Both the position numbers and the translations under genes were made by a program. A DNA stretch of 64,000 bases from Antechinus flavipes. Lineage: Eukaryota. Of this stretch, positions 25,976-38,689 are shown in pieces. The stretch is taken from NCBI RefSeq assembly GCF_016432865.1, contig NC_067400.1, forward strand, positions 502,572,001-502,636,000, written 5' to 3'. Under the pieces are notes generated by a model, which was not told where the DNA came from, made no database searches, and saw only the letters and a list, made by a program, of their open reading frames with translations. Position 1 is the stretch's first letter; each line of letters starts with the position of its first letter.

Positions 25976-26479
25976 GGGGCTTTATTCCTCTTTTTGACCT
26001 TGAAGCAAAGAATACTTTGTGTCCCAAAGCAAGGGATCACTGTCTTCCTTTGGTATATCAAAAGAGAAAATAGAATTTTTTTTCCTAGTTTCCCTCCACG
26101 TTTTCCTCCCATGTTCTTCTCAGGTCTGTACCTTCATAGCCAGCTCTAGAGCATAAGGACATTTTCCCAAGCCCCACATTTTGGGGCTTCCTCACAGTGA
26201 GAAGAAAAAGCAGGAACCTGGAAGTGTTCAGGCAGGCAATCAGTGGGTGAAAATGAGGTGGCTTCCTAAGTGCCAAGAAAGACCTCAAGCTCACAGGACA
26301 TGAATAAATGCATAATGGGTTTGTTCTATCCTGATTTCACCCACATAAAGAATTAAGAATCTACTAGGTAGTTTATCCTGGGCTAAAATGATACTCTTTT
26401 AACAAATATTTATTGAAAACTGTGCACAATGCTTGCCCTAATGTGAGCTTTTTTTGTTTTTGCTTTTTACTATTCTCTA

Positions 26480-26720
26480 TAGCATAGGCCTAATGAAAAT
26501 AATGACATCTATATGATGCTTTGAAACTTATAAATATTTTGTGTGTTATCCCAGTTGAACTTCATAGCAACCCTATGAGAGATATTTATAGGTATTATTC
26601 TCTCTGTTCTACAGATGTCAGATGACTTTTAGTGACACAGATGATAAATGTCAAAGGCAGGATTTGAACCTTGGTCTTCTTGATGTCAAATCCATTATCC
26701 TATTGCCTACCCATTATATC
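26480..26720 (-). mobile_element. MIR SINE
   Basis: catagcaaccctatgaga...gtcaaaggcaggatttgaacc. Confidence 0.7.
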
Positions 26721-26770
26721 CACAACTGCTTAATTCTTAATGGTTTGAAACTCTTCATTATCAAACCGAT

Positions 26771-27744
26771 CATATTCTCCCTAATTATTGATGGACAATC
26801 AGAATTAGCACCTAGTTTTGGAATAATATACTCTTCATACTCACTTCTTGTTCCTGAATATTATAATATTTTCCTTATATTTTTCCTGTCAGATGTTTTT
26901 CTGATAGAGATCAGTCATAAATGATATGAAGTTCTGTCAAAAAAAAACCTATCTCTGATTGATTTTTCCCCCCAAAGAAATAGGCTATTGCAATTTTTAT
27001 GTTTAAAAAAAAAACCTTAAGATTAAGTTCAAAGCATTAAACCATAACTGAATTCACTTCAAATACACAGCAATATGTTTTAGTGCCAATAAAGACAATC
27101 TTTTCTTAATTCTCTTTTTGCTAGGTGAGCTATTTTTAGCTTTGCTTCAGAGAGATAATTTACTCTTCTCTTCTTTCTCCCATGAGAGTAAGATACAGGA
27201 TGGAGGAGGAAAGCCTCCAGAAAACCCAGAAAGCCAATATACTTTTACTGTAGAGCAGAACTAAGCTTCCAAATTATTTCCCGACCTCTGTTGACACCAA
27301 CCTAAATTCCCAAGACTGCTAATGCTATACATTTCAAAGAGGATCGTAGACTAGTATTTTTTGTCTACAGTTGGGAGAAGCTTTTTATTTGTGCTTTCAG
27401 TGTCTGTATAATGTCTTTCTTAATTAATAATAAATAAATAATAATTAAACTCAATTAGCAAAACCAGCCATATTCTCCCTAATCAATGATGAACATTCAG
27501 GATCAGCATCTATTTTGGGAGCAATATTCCCTTTTCATACTCACTTCTTGTTCCTGGCCATTCTGACAATTTTCTTAAGACTTTTTCTGCCATATATTTT
27601 TATGATAGAAATCATAGACATAGACAACATGAAGTCCTGTCAAAAATAAAACAACATTAAAAAACAAGCCTTGGTTAATTTAATTCCACCCCTCTCCTCT
27701 CCCCCCCTCCAAAAAAAAAAAAAAAAAAAGAAATAGGCTATTGC
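26771..27744 (+). repeat. Diverged local direct duplication (26771-26991 vs 27469-27744)
   Basis: Collinear shared blocks: catattctccctaat, tcatactcacttcttgttcctg, atgaagt(t/c)ctgtcaaaaa, aaagaaataggctattgc. Confidence 0.85.
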
Positions 27745-27961
27745 CTGGAAGATAAGAGAGAGTATCAGAGTTTAGCCCTGGGGACTTCTTTATGAATGAA
27801 TTTGTATGTTATTGAGTGGGCTGGATAACAGGTGCAGAATTTGCATAGGTGATTAGTGTATTCATTATTCAAAGATTTTTACAATATTGCTTGCTTTCCT
27901 TCTTTGCAAGTAAGATGACTAAATTTAGATAAATTCAGACCTTTTACATATGGTTGTTTCG

Positions 27962-28190
27962 TAGGAACTAGGTGGCACAGTGAATATAGGATTGGACCTG
28001 GATTCAGTTCAAACCCTGCCTTACTCATATCTTGAACAAGACTTAACTTTAGTTTGCCTTAATATCCTCATCTGTAAAAAGGGGTAATAGTAACACTTTC
28101 CTATGAGGGTTCTTATAGAGAGAAAATGAGATAATATTTACACAGCACTTTGCAAACTTAAAAGTGCTACATAAATGCTGTTATTACTCT
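27962..28190 (+). mobile_element. MIR SINE
   Basis: ctaggtggcacagtg head, cctcatctgtaaaaaggggtaatag CORE, aaagtgctacataaatgct end. Confidence 0.75.
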
Positions 28191-28464
28191 TATGGTACAA
28201 ATACTGGTAATTCATCCAAAGTTCTCCTCTTCATTCAAAATAGCTCAATAAAAAGGATCTACCTTTTTGAAATGGATACTGTGCTGCCCTGAGTTTTGCA
28301 ATCAATGTCCCATTTTATTACTGTCCAGATGTGCTGTATTTGAGCAGGCTTATTTATTCCTTCTTTAGTTCTGCTTCCTGCTTAATTAAAAAGAAAAAAA
28401 AAAAAATCTCTGCATGGGAGGAGTGGTTCACAGCAGGAGAAGAGGATGGTTCTTATAAAAACCA

Positions 28465-29045
28465 GTTTCTTGCTAAAGCCATCCTCTATTCAACCACCAA
28501 AAGAATTTTTCTCAAGTATAGGTCCATCAGATCACCTCTCCTGCTCAATAAACTCCAGAACTCCCTCCCTATTATTTCCAGCTATTAAGAACAAATCCTC
28601 TACTTGACATTCAACCTTTTTGCAACCTCATTCTTCCTACTTTTACAGCCTACTTATACCTTATTCCTTGACATACTTTTCTTTTCAGTGACATTGGTCT
28701 CCTTACCCTTCCAAGAACAAAACAATTCATCTGCCTATCTCAGGTCTGAAATGCTCTCCTTCCTAGTTTTTACTTCCTGACTTCTCTGACTTCAAGTATT
28801 GTCTTTTACAAGAAGCTTTTCCTAACCCCTCTTAATTTTAGTGTCTTCCTTCTCCTAACTTATTTTCTTTTTGTCTTGTGTAAAGTTTTTTGTATATATT
28901 TATTCATTTGTTTTCTTTTCTTCCATTAGATTGTGATAGCCTTCTTCTATTAAATTAGAGGGCAGGGTCTGTCTTTTGCTTCTTTTTGTACCATAGCACT
29001 TAGTTCAATACCTGGAACGTAATAGGCACTTAATACTTGTTTACA
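28465..29045 (+). mobile_element. LINE2 3' region
   Basis: cctctcctgctcaataaactccag ... ccattagattgtga ... taataggcacttaata. Confidence 0.75.
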
Positions 29046-30316
29046 GACCAACTAGAGTGATATCCTTTTTTGTTGAAACTGTCAGCAACTAGTACCTTGA
29101 AGATCCTTGTAAACTTCCACTATTTTATAGTTATGTCCTCTAGGGCTAATCAATATAAATTTAATTCTTTTTTCCATATGACATTTTAGCTATTTGAAAG
29201 GTCTTTTGAGGTCATTATTTTCCAAGATAATTTGTCTTTTTTTCAACTCTCTACTATAAAAGAATAGGACGATATTAAAAAAAAAAGTGATCCTTATCAC
29301 TCTTTTGCATTCCTACATTTCTGCTTCACAGAAATATATATAATCTATATATATAATCTACCTATTAATATATATCTATATATTTTTCCATTTTTCCAGA
29401 TCCTAAAAGAGAAAGATTGCATATTGTATATTGGAACGCTAACAACACTGTAATATACAATATATGTGATCTAATAATATTATTAGAAAGTTATCACTTG
29501 GTATCATGACAAAATATTAAAATTGTGTCTCATAAACCAAAAATCACATAGACACCAAACTATATTCCCAATGGCAGTGAAACTATAAATTACAAATATA
29601 GATTGTGGCTAATATTTTATGCCTAAAGTGGGGAAAGGTTTTTCATTTGTTTTTTTAGTCAGTGTCAACAAAGTGAACATATATGTCAAGCACTATGTCT
29701 TATATGGAGTAGATTAACATTAATTAATAGTAATAATAGCTAGCATTAATATAGTACTTTCTAGTTGGCTAAACATTTTCCATAGGATATCTCATTTGAT
29801 TCTTACACTAGTCCGTGAAGTAAGTACTATATTACTATCACTTTCCAGTAACTTCAAATTTGTATTTTAGGAGGCTTCCTTTCTAAAATTTATTACTAAC
29901 ACAAGCATGCTTCAATATTATACTTATAAGGATTCACAACATTCTGAAAACATGTTCACCATGACCAGTGAAAGGTAGAAATTAATTCCATTGACATAAC
30001 AGTTCTTAATCTGTGGGTCCTGCAACAAATTCCCAGATATAAATTAGACATATGTGCAGTTCCACATTTAAGATTTGCTTCCAACAATCTCTGCTGTTTT
30101 AATTTTCATTGAATATATCCTTTGCAAGTTTTTCCATGATTATTCTAATTAGCTTGTCTACCAATTCAAAACTTCATTTTAATAGTTTCCACCCTTGTTT
30201 TCTGATATCTAAGTGTGGGTCTATGTCTAGGATAAGAGGGAGTCTCAAATTATTAAAAAAAAATTTTTAATCAAAATGTATTAACAGTAGTTTAAAAAGT
30301 GACACATGCTACATAG

Positions 30317-30634
30317 CAGGGCTTCCTAAACTTTTCTACTCATGATCCTTTTTCATCCAATAAATTTTTACATGACCCCAACTCAAATCTGAGCCAAGGT
30401 ATTTCCGGCTTTCACACTTGCTGTATGTTCACAATCAAAGCTGCAATGAGGGCACATGATGTAAGAGAGGCAAGTGCTGCCAGAAATACCTTGGATTCAT
30501 TACACATTTGATTTTGAATTAATTTTTGGTCGTTGTGTTCAGAAACCTTTCACCATTGCCAAATTTTTTGACTCCCACGTTTAGTTACATGACTCCATAC
30601 ATGGGGTTGCAACCCACAGTTTTAAGAAGTTTTG
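30317..30634. mobile_element. hAT (Charlie-type) non-autonomous DNA transposon
   Basis: Terminal inverted repeats cagggcttcctaaact / agttttaagaagttttg. Flanking 8-mers ctacatag (30309-30316) and ctatttag (30635-30642) match 6/8, consistent with a decayed 8-bp TSD. Confidence 0.75.
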
Positions 30635-31677
30635 CTATTTAGCACTTGTTTAAAAGATTGACATATTGTAACATCAAACAAACGAGAATTCAAATCAGAA
30701 TTACTCACTGGGGATATTTAGTTTATAATCAATTTTATTTTTGCATGCAGATGTTAGTCATGATTAGATTGTGCCACGTCAAAAAAGCTAGGAGCATAAA
30801 TCAATGACAAAATCAACAGGAATCCCAAATCTCAGTATTAGGAGGATGCAAGCCTGTACCTCAGCATGAATAATGTCTATGGCATACCTGACAAGTTATT
30901 ATCCAATCCTTGTTATAAATGAAGTTCCCTCCAAAATGGGGAAACCCATTACTACCCAGGGAAGCCCAATCTAACATCTACAGAGATCTGTTAAGACATC
31001 CTGTGTATCAAACTCTAAACTGTCTTTTTATCAGCTTCCTAAATTTATGCCATCAGCCAATTTCATAAATATGTTGTCTAGCAGTTTTCTCAAGACATTA
31101 ATAAAAAAAAAATGTTCCGCAGCACTGAACCTAAACACAGATCCCGAGACACTCTCCTGGAAACATCCTTTAAAGCTGACATTGAATGATTAACAACTAC
31201 TCTTTGGACCTAGATACTCACCTGATTCCATAGCCACTTAATGGCATTATCAAATCTAGTAATTTCAAACTCAAAAAGAAATAGGATTCAGAAATCAAAC
31301 ATAAAAAGTCTTGCTGGCCACTTATTGACTTAGAAATCAACACATTTTTATGTTTCTTTTTATGTTTACAAAGCCATATATTAAAATAAAATAGGAGATA
31401 CATTTTCATCTGGTTTGGGCTGTACTTAGGAATGTTGTGAACAACATGTGATTTGTGGGTTAATATGTTTAACTTCTTTGATCTAGACCATACCAATCCA
31501 GGTTTCACATCCATCAATCCAGAATCACATCAACAGATGTAGATGTACCAGGCATTATGCTAGGCACCATGGACACAAATACAATAAATAAAGCAATCCC
31601 TTCTCAGAAGGAGCTTATATTCTAAAGAGGGAGACCACAAAGTCATATAAAAATATAAATACAAACAATATAAGTAT

Positions 31678-31915
31678 TTGTTGTTGTTCAATCTTTTTAA
31701 TTCTGTCTGACTCTTCATGACCCCATTTGGGGACTTTTCAGGCAGAGATACAGATTAATTTTCCATTTCCTTCTCCAGTTCATTTCCTAGATGAGGAAAC
31801 TGAGGCAAACAATGACTTGCCCAGGGTCATACAGCTAGAAAGTGTCTGAGACTGGATTCAAACTTATATCTTCCTGACTTCAGCCTGGTGCTCTGTCTAT
31901 TGTACCACTTAGCTG
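31678..31915 (-). mobile_element. Mar1 SINE nested in a minus-strand L2 3' end (about 31525-31990)
   Basis: ttgttgttgttcaatc...tttccatttccttctccag...gaggaaactgaggcaaac; flanks are L2-like (ccaggcattatgctaggcac). Confidence 0.8.
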
Positions 31916-31999
31916 TATAAAAACAAATAAAAAGTAGTTCAATACAAGATAAAAGATATTTTGTCAAAGCCTTTGTTAAACTCTAGACAATAACAGCAT

Positions 32000-32225
32000 A
32001 ATAATAATGATAACTATTGTTTATATAGTGCTTTAAGTTTTTGCAAAATACTTCACAAAGATTCTCTCATTTTATCCTCATAACAATTCTGGGAGAGAGG
32101 TGCTAATATTTTACAGTTAATAGAGGTTAAATGACTGCATAGAGGCACATAGCTAAATGAGAGTCTGAGGTCACAATTTGAACTCGGGATTTCCCCACTC
32201 TTGTCCCAGCATTCTAAACTGTATT
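32000..32225 (-). mobile_element. MIR SINE
   Basis: atatagtgctttaagttt...ctcattttatcctcataacaattctggg. Confidence 0.65.
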
Positions 32226-33386
32226 GACAGTATATAATTCTTCTGATGTAACTTTCTATTAATCTTGACCAAATAAATAAATAAAAGTAATGATCTGATT
32301 TGTTCTGGACAAAGTCTTTCTAACTCTCTGTGATCATGACTTCTTTCACTTGACAGGAATTCTAAATAAGGCATAATAATTTAAAAGAAAAAACATTTTT
32401 AGTATAGGAATTCAAACTAGAAAGGTATTTATTCTTCTTGATCTAGCTTTCATTCTGTGATGTGTAAAGTAACCAGGAGGTACTTTAATTCTATCAAGAC
32501 AGTGAATCTCAATGCCATATTACCAAGAGTTGGAGGAATTACAACCTTCATCATACGAAAAGGATAAATTTCTATGTTGCCTTATCACTAGGTAGTTTCC
32601 AGAAGCAATTCCCCTCCCCAATCCCTATCAACTAGAAAACACAGCCAGTCCAGATGGCCCTAAGTAGAATAGGAAGAAATCCTTCAGTTGACTTCTAGTA
32701 TTATTTACTGTACCAATTAGTACCAATTTCTCCAGAAATGTTTTTGCCAATTTAGGACAGTGCTACTAGATATTATTATAGGTAATAGAGATACTTATTG
32801 TATAATCATGTTCCTTTCATTTAAAATGTTTATAATTTTCATTTAAAAAAAATGGGGTTTGCCTCAGAAATTATCTCTGTTTCCTAGGATTAAGAAATAG
32901 GAAAGAAAAAGTATAGTTCATATGGCACTTTGTAGTGATTTTTTTTAAAAGAAAAAAATTTTCAGGAATGTGTAGATAGAGTATGATCTAGAAATGGAAG
33001 AGTACAGGTAATTTAGTTAAATGTTTTCATTGATTAGAAGTATGGAATGTGATATTGTCTCTGGTTTCAGATAGTATTTATTCCCATCCCAATTAAAATG
33101 TGACACCAAGGTTTAATATCCCCTTGTTTTATCAGTCTTACTAACCCATGACACTGTATGAATCATAAAAATAGCCTTTGTTCTCTATGCCTTTTTAAAA
33201 TGGTTAAACTTTACTGATTTTTATCTGAGCTCAAAGCACTTTTTCACAGCCTCCTATCATCTTTATGAAGTATTCATCAGGAAGGAAATCAGGATTTTAC
33301 AGAGCAAAATGTAATAAACAAATTACACAAAGTCACCAAGTTCATAGGATCTTCATGCTTCAAGTGACCTTAAGTACAGAGCAATA

Positions 33387-33520
33387 GGGGCAGCTAGATG
33401 GTGCAGTGAATCTAGAGCACTGGTCTTGAAATCAGGAGGACCTGAGTTCAAATCAGACCTTAAAACTTACTAGCTGTGTGACCTTGGGCACTTAGTCACT
33501 TAGCCCCAGTTGCCTTGCAC
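33387..33520 (+). mobile_element. Short CORE-SINE (WSINE1/SINE1-like)
   Basis: ggggcagctagatggtgcagtg...caggaggacctgagttcaaat...ctagctgtgtgaccttgggc. Confidence 0.8.
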
Positions 33521-33551
33521 CCCGTACCCTCTAAATGCATACCCATGTTTG

Positions 33552-33632
33552 AGGCAATTAGCCCTTTTGGTCAGAGCACGAGCTAACAAGACTAACATCA
33601 TAGATTTGACTTCCTTATGGGACAATTAGCTC
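33552..33632 (+). pseudogene. Degenerate tRNA-Ile(AAT)-like sequence / tRNA-derived SINE head
   Basis: aggcaattagcccttttggtcagagcacgagctaacaag...tatgggaca aligns loosely by eye with vertebrate tRNA-Ile-AAT; the B box is destroyed. Confidence 0.45.
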
Positions 33633-36254
33633 ATCTGTTATGTGATCTCAGATTGTACTCCTGGGTATATCTAGACATTTTTCTGTCAATCATTACAAGT
33701 TCAATAAAAGATTATACTAGGATTATTTGAAAAAACAACTCAATGTTTATATTCTATTAAACTTGTCAGAAACACAAGTTGTCCTGAAATTTGTTCAAAG
33801 ATTCTGTAGTTTATGGAAATTGTTAAAAAAACAGCAAATCGTTGTTATCCACTTAGAATAGTCTGAGAGAGAATCTGGCATAATGGAGATGAGGTCTGAC
33901 CTTAGAATACAGAAAGTTTTGATTCAAGACTTTTTCTGTAATAAATATGAGCTGCATAAACACAGACAAGGGGGTTAGTTTAATTCTCAGTGCTCAAGGC
34001 CACTCTTGAAGACTACAAATTATGGAAGAAGTTTGGGAAAGTTTCCATGCTTGCAAGTTCCCCATACCTGATGTAAGTCTTACATTACTTCCAGAAAGCC
34101 CTTCCCATTCTTCATCCAGTCTATTTTGTGAAAACAGAATTCAAATTAGTTTCTTTTATTCAATCTTTCTTTTAGGCAGACTAGTCAATTTGCTATTTTC
34201 CTGTACCTATTTCATTTCTTTCCTCATGCCTTTCCAGAGGCTATTCTGTCTAACACCTAGAAAGTTTTCCTTCCTCATTTCCACTTCTTAGCCGACTTCG
34301 CTCCACTCAAGCCTTTGCTAACTCCTACCCAATTCGTTTCCAGATTCCTCAGCTATTAGCACTCTTCCCTGTAGCCAGTTATTTTTTATTTACTTTGCAA
34401 ATGATATACTTTGAATATTATCTGTTTATACCCCTCACCCACCCACCCAACCACTTAATAGAATGTGACATCCTTAAAGACAAGAAGTATTTTGCTTTTT
34501 TTGTTTGTTTCCCTAGGAGTAACAGTAACTGGAATATAGTATGCACTTAAATTGAATTGGCTTGAAATAGGGGGATTGGGGAGGGAGGTGAAGCACTCAT
34601 CTTAAAAGAATCTCAAAGATTCTTAATTTTATAAAAGTAAACTTTACTTCATTGAAGAATTCATTAAATATTCCTTTAAAATTATGAGCATTCCTGGTGC
34701 ATTTAAAATGTGGCATACTGCCTAGGGAGTGCTGTGAATTAAGACATTCAATACTTACTTTTATTGGTTGTTGATTGACAAAAGTTCTGTTTCCCAAAAA
34801 ATAAAAAACATGTTATAACAGAAAAAATTCTGGACTGGAAGTTAGGAGAGCTGGTTTAAATCCCAGTTCTAGTAATTGCTTCTACCAATGTCAATCTTTC
34901 TCCTATAAAATGAGGGAGTTGTTCTGTAAGGGTTTCTAAAGCCTATGAATCCTATGATTACTGAAGAAATGTAAATGAACTTTGAATAGCATAGAGAGGG
35001 TAAATATGAAGCTTTCTGCAGCCTATAACTCTGCTAAGTGCAGCCTGAAGTCCGATTGAAATGTAACTGGAGAAGCTTTAACAAAATAAAAAAAAATAAA
35101 ATAAAGCATAGATAGTATTAACACGTGGTTTTTTGAGTCAATATGAGACTTACAAAGATACTTATGTATGCCCTTTTTTCTATTTATTTGGCAGGACTGG
35201 TCTAGCAAAACTGGGAAACTCACTATTCTGCAGGGATCTATGGTATAGTTCAAGAGGTACTGGGGCTAGAAGTCAGGAAACCAGCATTATAATCAGGACT
35301 TCATAATTAATTCACTCAAAGAATGAAGCAATTTCTTTAAATGCCTACTATATGCCAAGTATTAACTAGTTATGTGATTTGGGGGCAAGTCTTTCCACTT
35401 CCTTGAGACTCTTGTTTGTTTACTCATAAGAAGAGTAGAATGAAATAGTGGTGCTCTATAAGGTCCCTTTCAGAGCTTAAGAAAATAAAAAATCCAAGAT
35501 AATTTCCAGGATAGAGATAGGAATAGGCATCAAACCTGTGGTTTAACTGTAAATTACATTTTTAAAAGTTTATTTTAATCATTCCAAAAGAAAAAAATTA
35601 AAATATATTACATTTGTCCACCCTAATAAATGGAGAGTTTTGAATGTCGTTTATCCTTTAATGAATCTGAATATTGTAAATATCAGTTATTGTTCTACAT
35701 AGTGATCACTCAAAGACTAGTGAAATTATAGAGCATAATATTGGTCCTTTACATAAATTCTTGAAATCACTGAAATAATTGATTTTTTAATTTTGCCTTT
35801 TCTTAGGAATTTTCCTTCAGAGGTAGACACTTTTTGTCCTTATATTAATGGCCCCAGATTTCTTTACTGACCCCTCTGTCTTATCTAGCATTAGCATTTT
35901 GGCCTTCAATTACCACATCATTCCATGAGGAATGAGTTCTTTTCTGCCCATTTCCTCAGGGCTGCTAACTTTTTTACATCAGCTGTTCGCCTTTTTCATC
36001 TTTGATGGTAATTTTGATGGTAAGAGCTTTAGACTTTCCCCTGACCAGTAATAAAATATCTGTTTAAAATTAAATCAGATATCTTCTTGAGAAGATATGC
36101 TTGACAAGGTAGAAGGAATCTCTCTATATTTTCCATATTGACTGAATTGCTGAGCTTTATAAGAGTTATTTTTGTTGCTTTTAGATGCTTTATTGCTTGC
36201 TTTTAAAGTGCTTTTCATCTCATTTGCAAAATTGAGGTTACCTGGATGCTTATG

Positions 36255-36450
36255 GCTAAATAATAATAGCTCACACTTACATAGTGCTTTGCAGTTATAA
36301 AAGTACATTCTAGTGTTATGGATGGGGCTACTGAGCCTCAGAAAGTGATTAGTCTAGGGCCATACAGCTAGTAAGTGCCAAAGTAATAGCTTGAACACAA
36401 ATCTTTTGATTTCTATTCCAGTGTCTCAGTTACATTGCTTCATATATAGA
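36255..36450 (-). mobile_element. MIR SINE
   Basis: taataatagctcacacttacatagtgctttgcag...catacagctagtaagtgcc. Confidence 0.65.
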
Positions 36451-36895
36451 ATCATCAAATCTTAGAAGTAGGAAACCTTAGAAATTACTTTGTTCAATTC
36501 TTCTTTTCACAAAGGAACTGAGTTCTAGGGTTCAATAGCTTTTTAGTTGGTGTTTTATTTGTCTTACCTTTCTTGTTTTTCAGGTTGTAGTATAGACACT
36601 CCAAATATAATAATGTTATAGTCTATAGAGGATAGCAGTAATTCCCTAAACATTGCCACAAAGCCACTTAGTGTAAATAAAGAAACAAGAATCCTCAATA
36701 TTTTCATATAGATGGAAGTACATTGAGTTGTATTAGCATTTTAATTTCATGAGTATATCATATGATCTACTTTGTGTATGTGAGATATGTGTGGAGGTGC
36801 ACACATAGGCACACCCATGCCCACATGTATTCAGAGCTCCTTCAGCTAGCTGGGTTTTTCCCCTTTTGATAAACTTATTTCATTTATTTCTACAG

Positions 36896-36976
36896 CCTAA
36901 AAATCTGCCCAAATAATTGTCAAGTGATTATTTGAAGAAGATTCTGTATAGCATTTGGGAAATCATTAACGCCACA
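36896..36976 (+). other. ELMOD1: ELMOD1 exon 2, 5' UTR part
   Basis: Acceptor tttcatttatttctacag| (AG 36894-36895). An in-frame TAA lies upstream of the ATG and there is no other ATG in this segment. Confidence 0.8.
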
Positions 36977-36993
36977 ATGAAGCACTTCCTGAG
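36977..36993 (+). CDS. ELMOD1: ELMOD1 first coding segment (MKHFL+AG, phase 2)
   Basis: gccacaATG Kozak context; ATG AAG CAC TTC CTG AG|gtaaga strong donor; joins the next exon to give MKHFLR-MLIQV. Confidence 0.92.
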
Positions 36994-37610
36994 GTAAGAT
37001 TTTTTTTTAGCTTAATGGTACACACTGGTATGCACTAGTTACTATTATCATCTTTCCACATCACTCAATATTTAAGTTAATAAGATTGTGTTTTTGGAGA
37101 AATACTATTTTTATCACAGTTGTATTGTGCTACAGCTTAATTCTACTTAAACTCTCATGGGGAGTCTTAAAATGAAAAGAGAAGCAGAAGGACCAGCAAC
37201 CACAAACATGAAGGAACAAGAGAATTAAACTTCAGCCTTGTTCATGTCTTCAATTTCATGAAAGATGGCACGCTGGACATTAGTTATGGAAAGATTTTGT
37301 TTTGTTAAAAGCAATGAAGTTTTATGTTGAATGCCTTTCCTGAATTAAGCAATTTAAAATATCACAAATTTAGGGTTCGTGCTTGCTTGATAGATAAACC
37401 ATTTAGGATTCTCTTCTTTTTTGGTTACAAGATTTTCTTGGTGTCTTCTTATTCTGTCACTATTTCTTCTCAGTTCTGCAAATACTTCCTAATCAACATT
37501 TATGAAAGACTGACTCATTCAGTGCAAAGAGTTGTGCAGTGGAGGCAATGATTGATGGATCCCTGCCCAATGGAACTTAAACAAATATTTATAATATACA
37601 ATATTATATA

Positions 37611-37719
37611 CAATATCCCAAAAGTCTTAGTAAAGTTTTAAGTTTTAATAGCTAAAAACTGCATTTTTAAAAAGCTTATTATTAAATCAAAATTGCATTG
37701 AAACTTTGGGGACATCGTG
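37611..37719. mobile_element. Small palindromic Tc1/mariner-type MITE with TA TSD
   Basis: TA|caatatcccaaaagtcttagt ... attgcattgaaactttggggacatcgtg|TA; imperfect terminal inverted repeats around a self-complementary core. Confidence 0.7.
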
Positions 37720-38689
37720 TATAATAGATACAGTAGAAATACAACAAAGTACTATGTTAGGTCTAAAGAGGTAGGTTGTTATCTACTGAGGGGGGTTAGG
37801 AAAGGTTTTCGATAGCAGCTTGGGAAATATTCAGGAGATAATTATATATTTGACTTGGGAACACACTGCTTTTACTCTATTGAAAGGAATAATATGAAAT
37901 AGGGCTGGAAAGATATTATAGTTCCAAATTGTGGAGGCCTTTGAATTCCAGGCAACCTGGAGATCAGGAGGAACCCCCTGAAAGTTTTTGAGCAGAGGAA
38001 TAACATTCCAGCAGTGATTTGTATTAGAAAGGGCAGACAAAGAAAACATGAAGATCTAATAGGACACTACCATATTATTATTCCACAAAGAAAATAATGA
38101 GGTATATTAGATTGTTGACTTTGGAAAATGAAAAGAGAGGATGGATGAGAGAAGTATGAAAGCAGAATTGACAAGATGCATTGAACTGATTGGATATGAA
38201 AGTTAAGAACAAAGATTCAAAGGACTATAGAATAATAAATAAATGGTAGTGACACAGTAGTAAAAATCAGAAGGAAAAATGAGTTTAGGGGGAAAGATAA
38301 GAAGTTTGATTTGTTAAGTTCAGTGCTTTTAAAATTCTGTTAAGTTTAGATTATTAAAATTCTGAACTTAAGCAACAGTAATGATCATTGTCATGCATGT
38401 AGCAGAACACAAAAAGATGTTCTATGAAACTATGTCACTTTTTAAAAAATATGTCATAAATTCTACATACAGTGTTATTTTCAAAACATTTGTTTGCTTT
38501 TTAAAAATTTCTGTTCTGTTCTTTTTTGCGTGTTTTAGGAAATATTTCAGTGTTCCTTTTTCTTTTTGGTATTACTCTTTGTCTCTGCTCCCAATTAAAA
38601 ATTTAGAAAAAAATTTAAATCCTTATAAGAAAAAAAAATTAAACAGGGGAAATAATAGCCACACAGAGGCACTGTCCAAAACTATGTCA

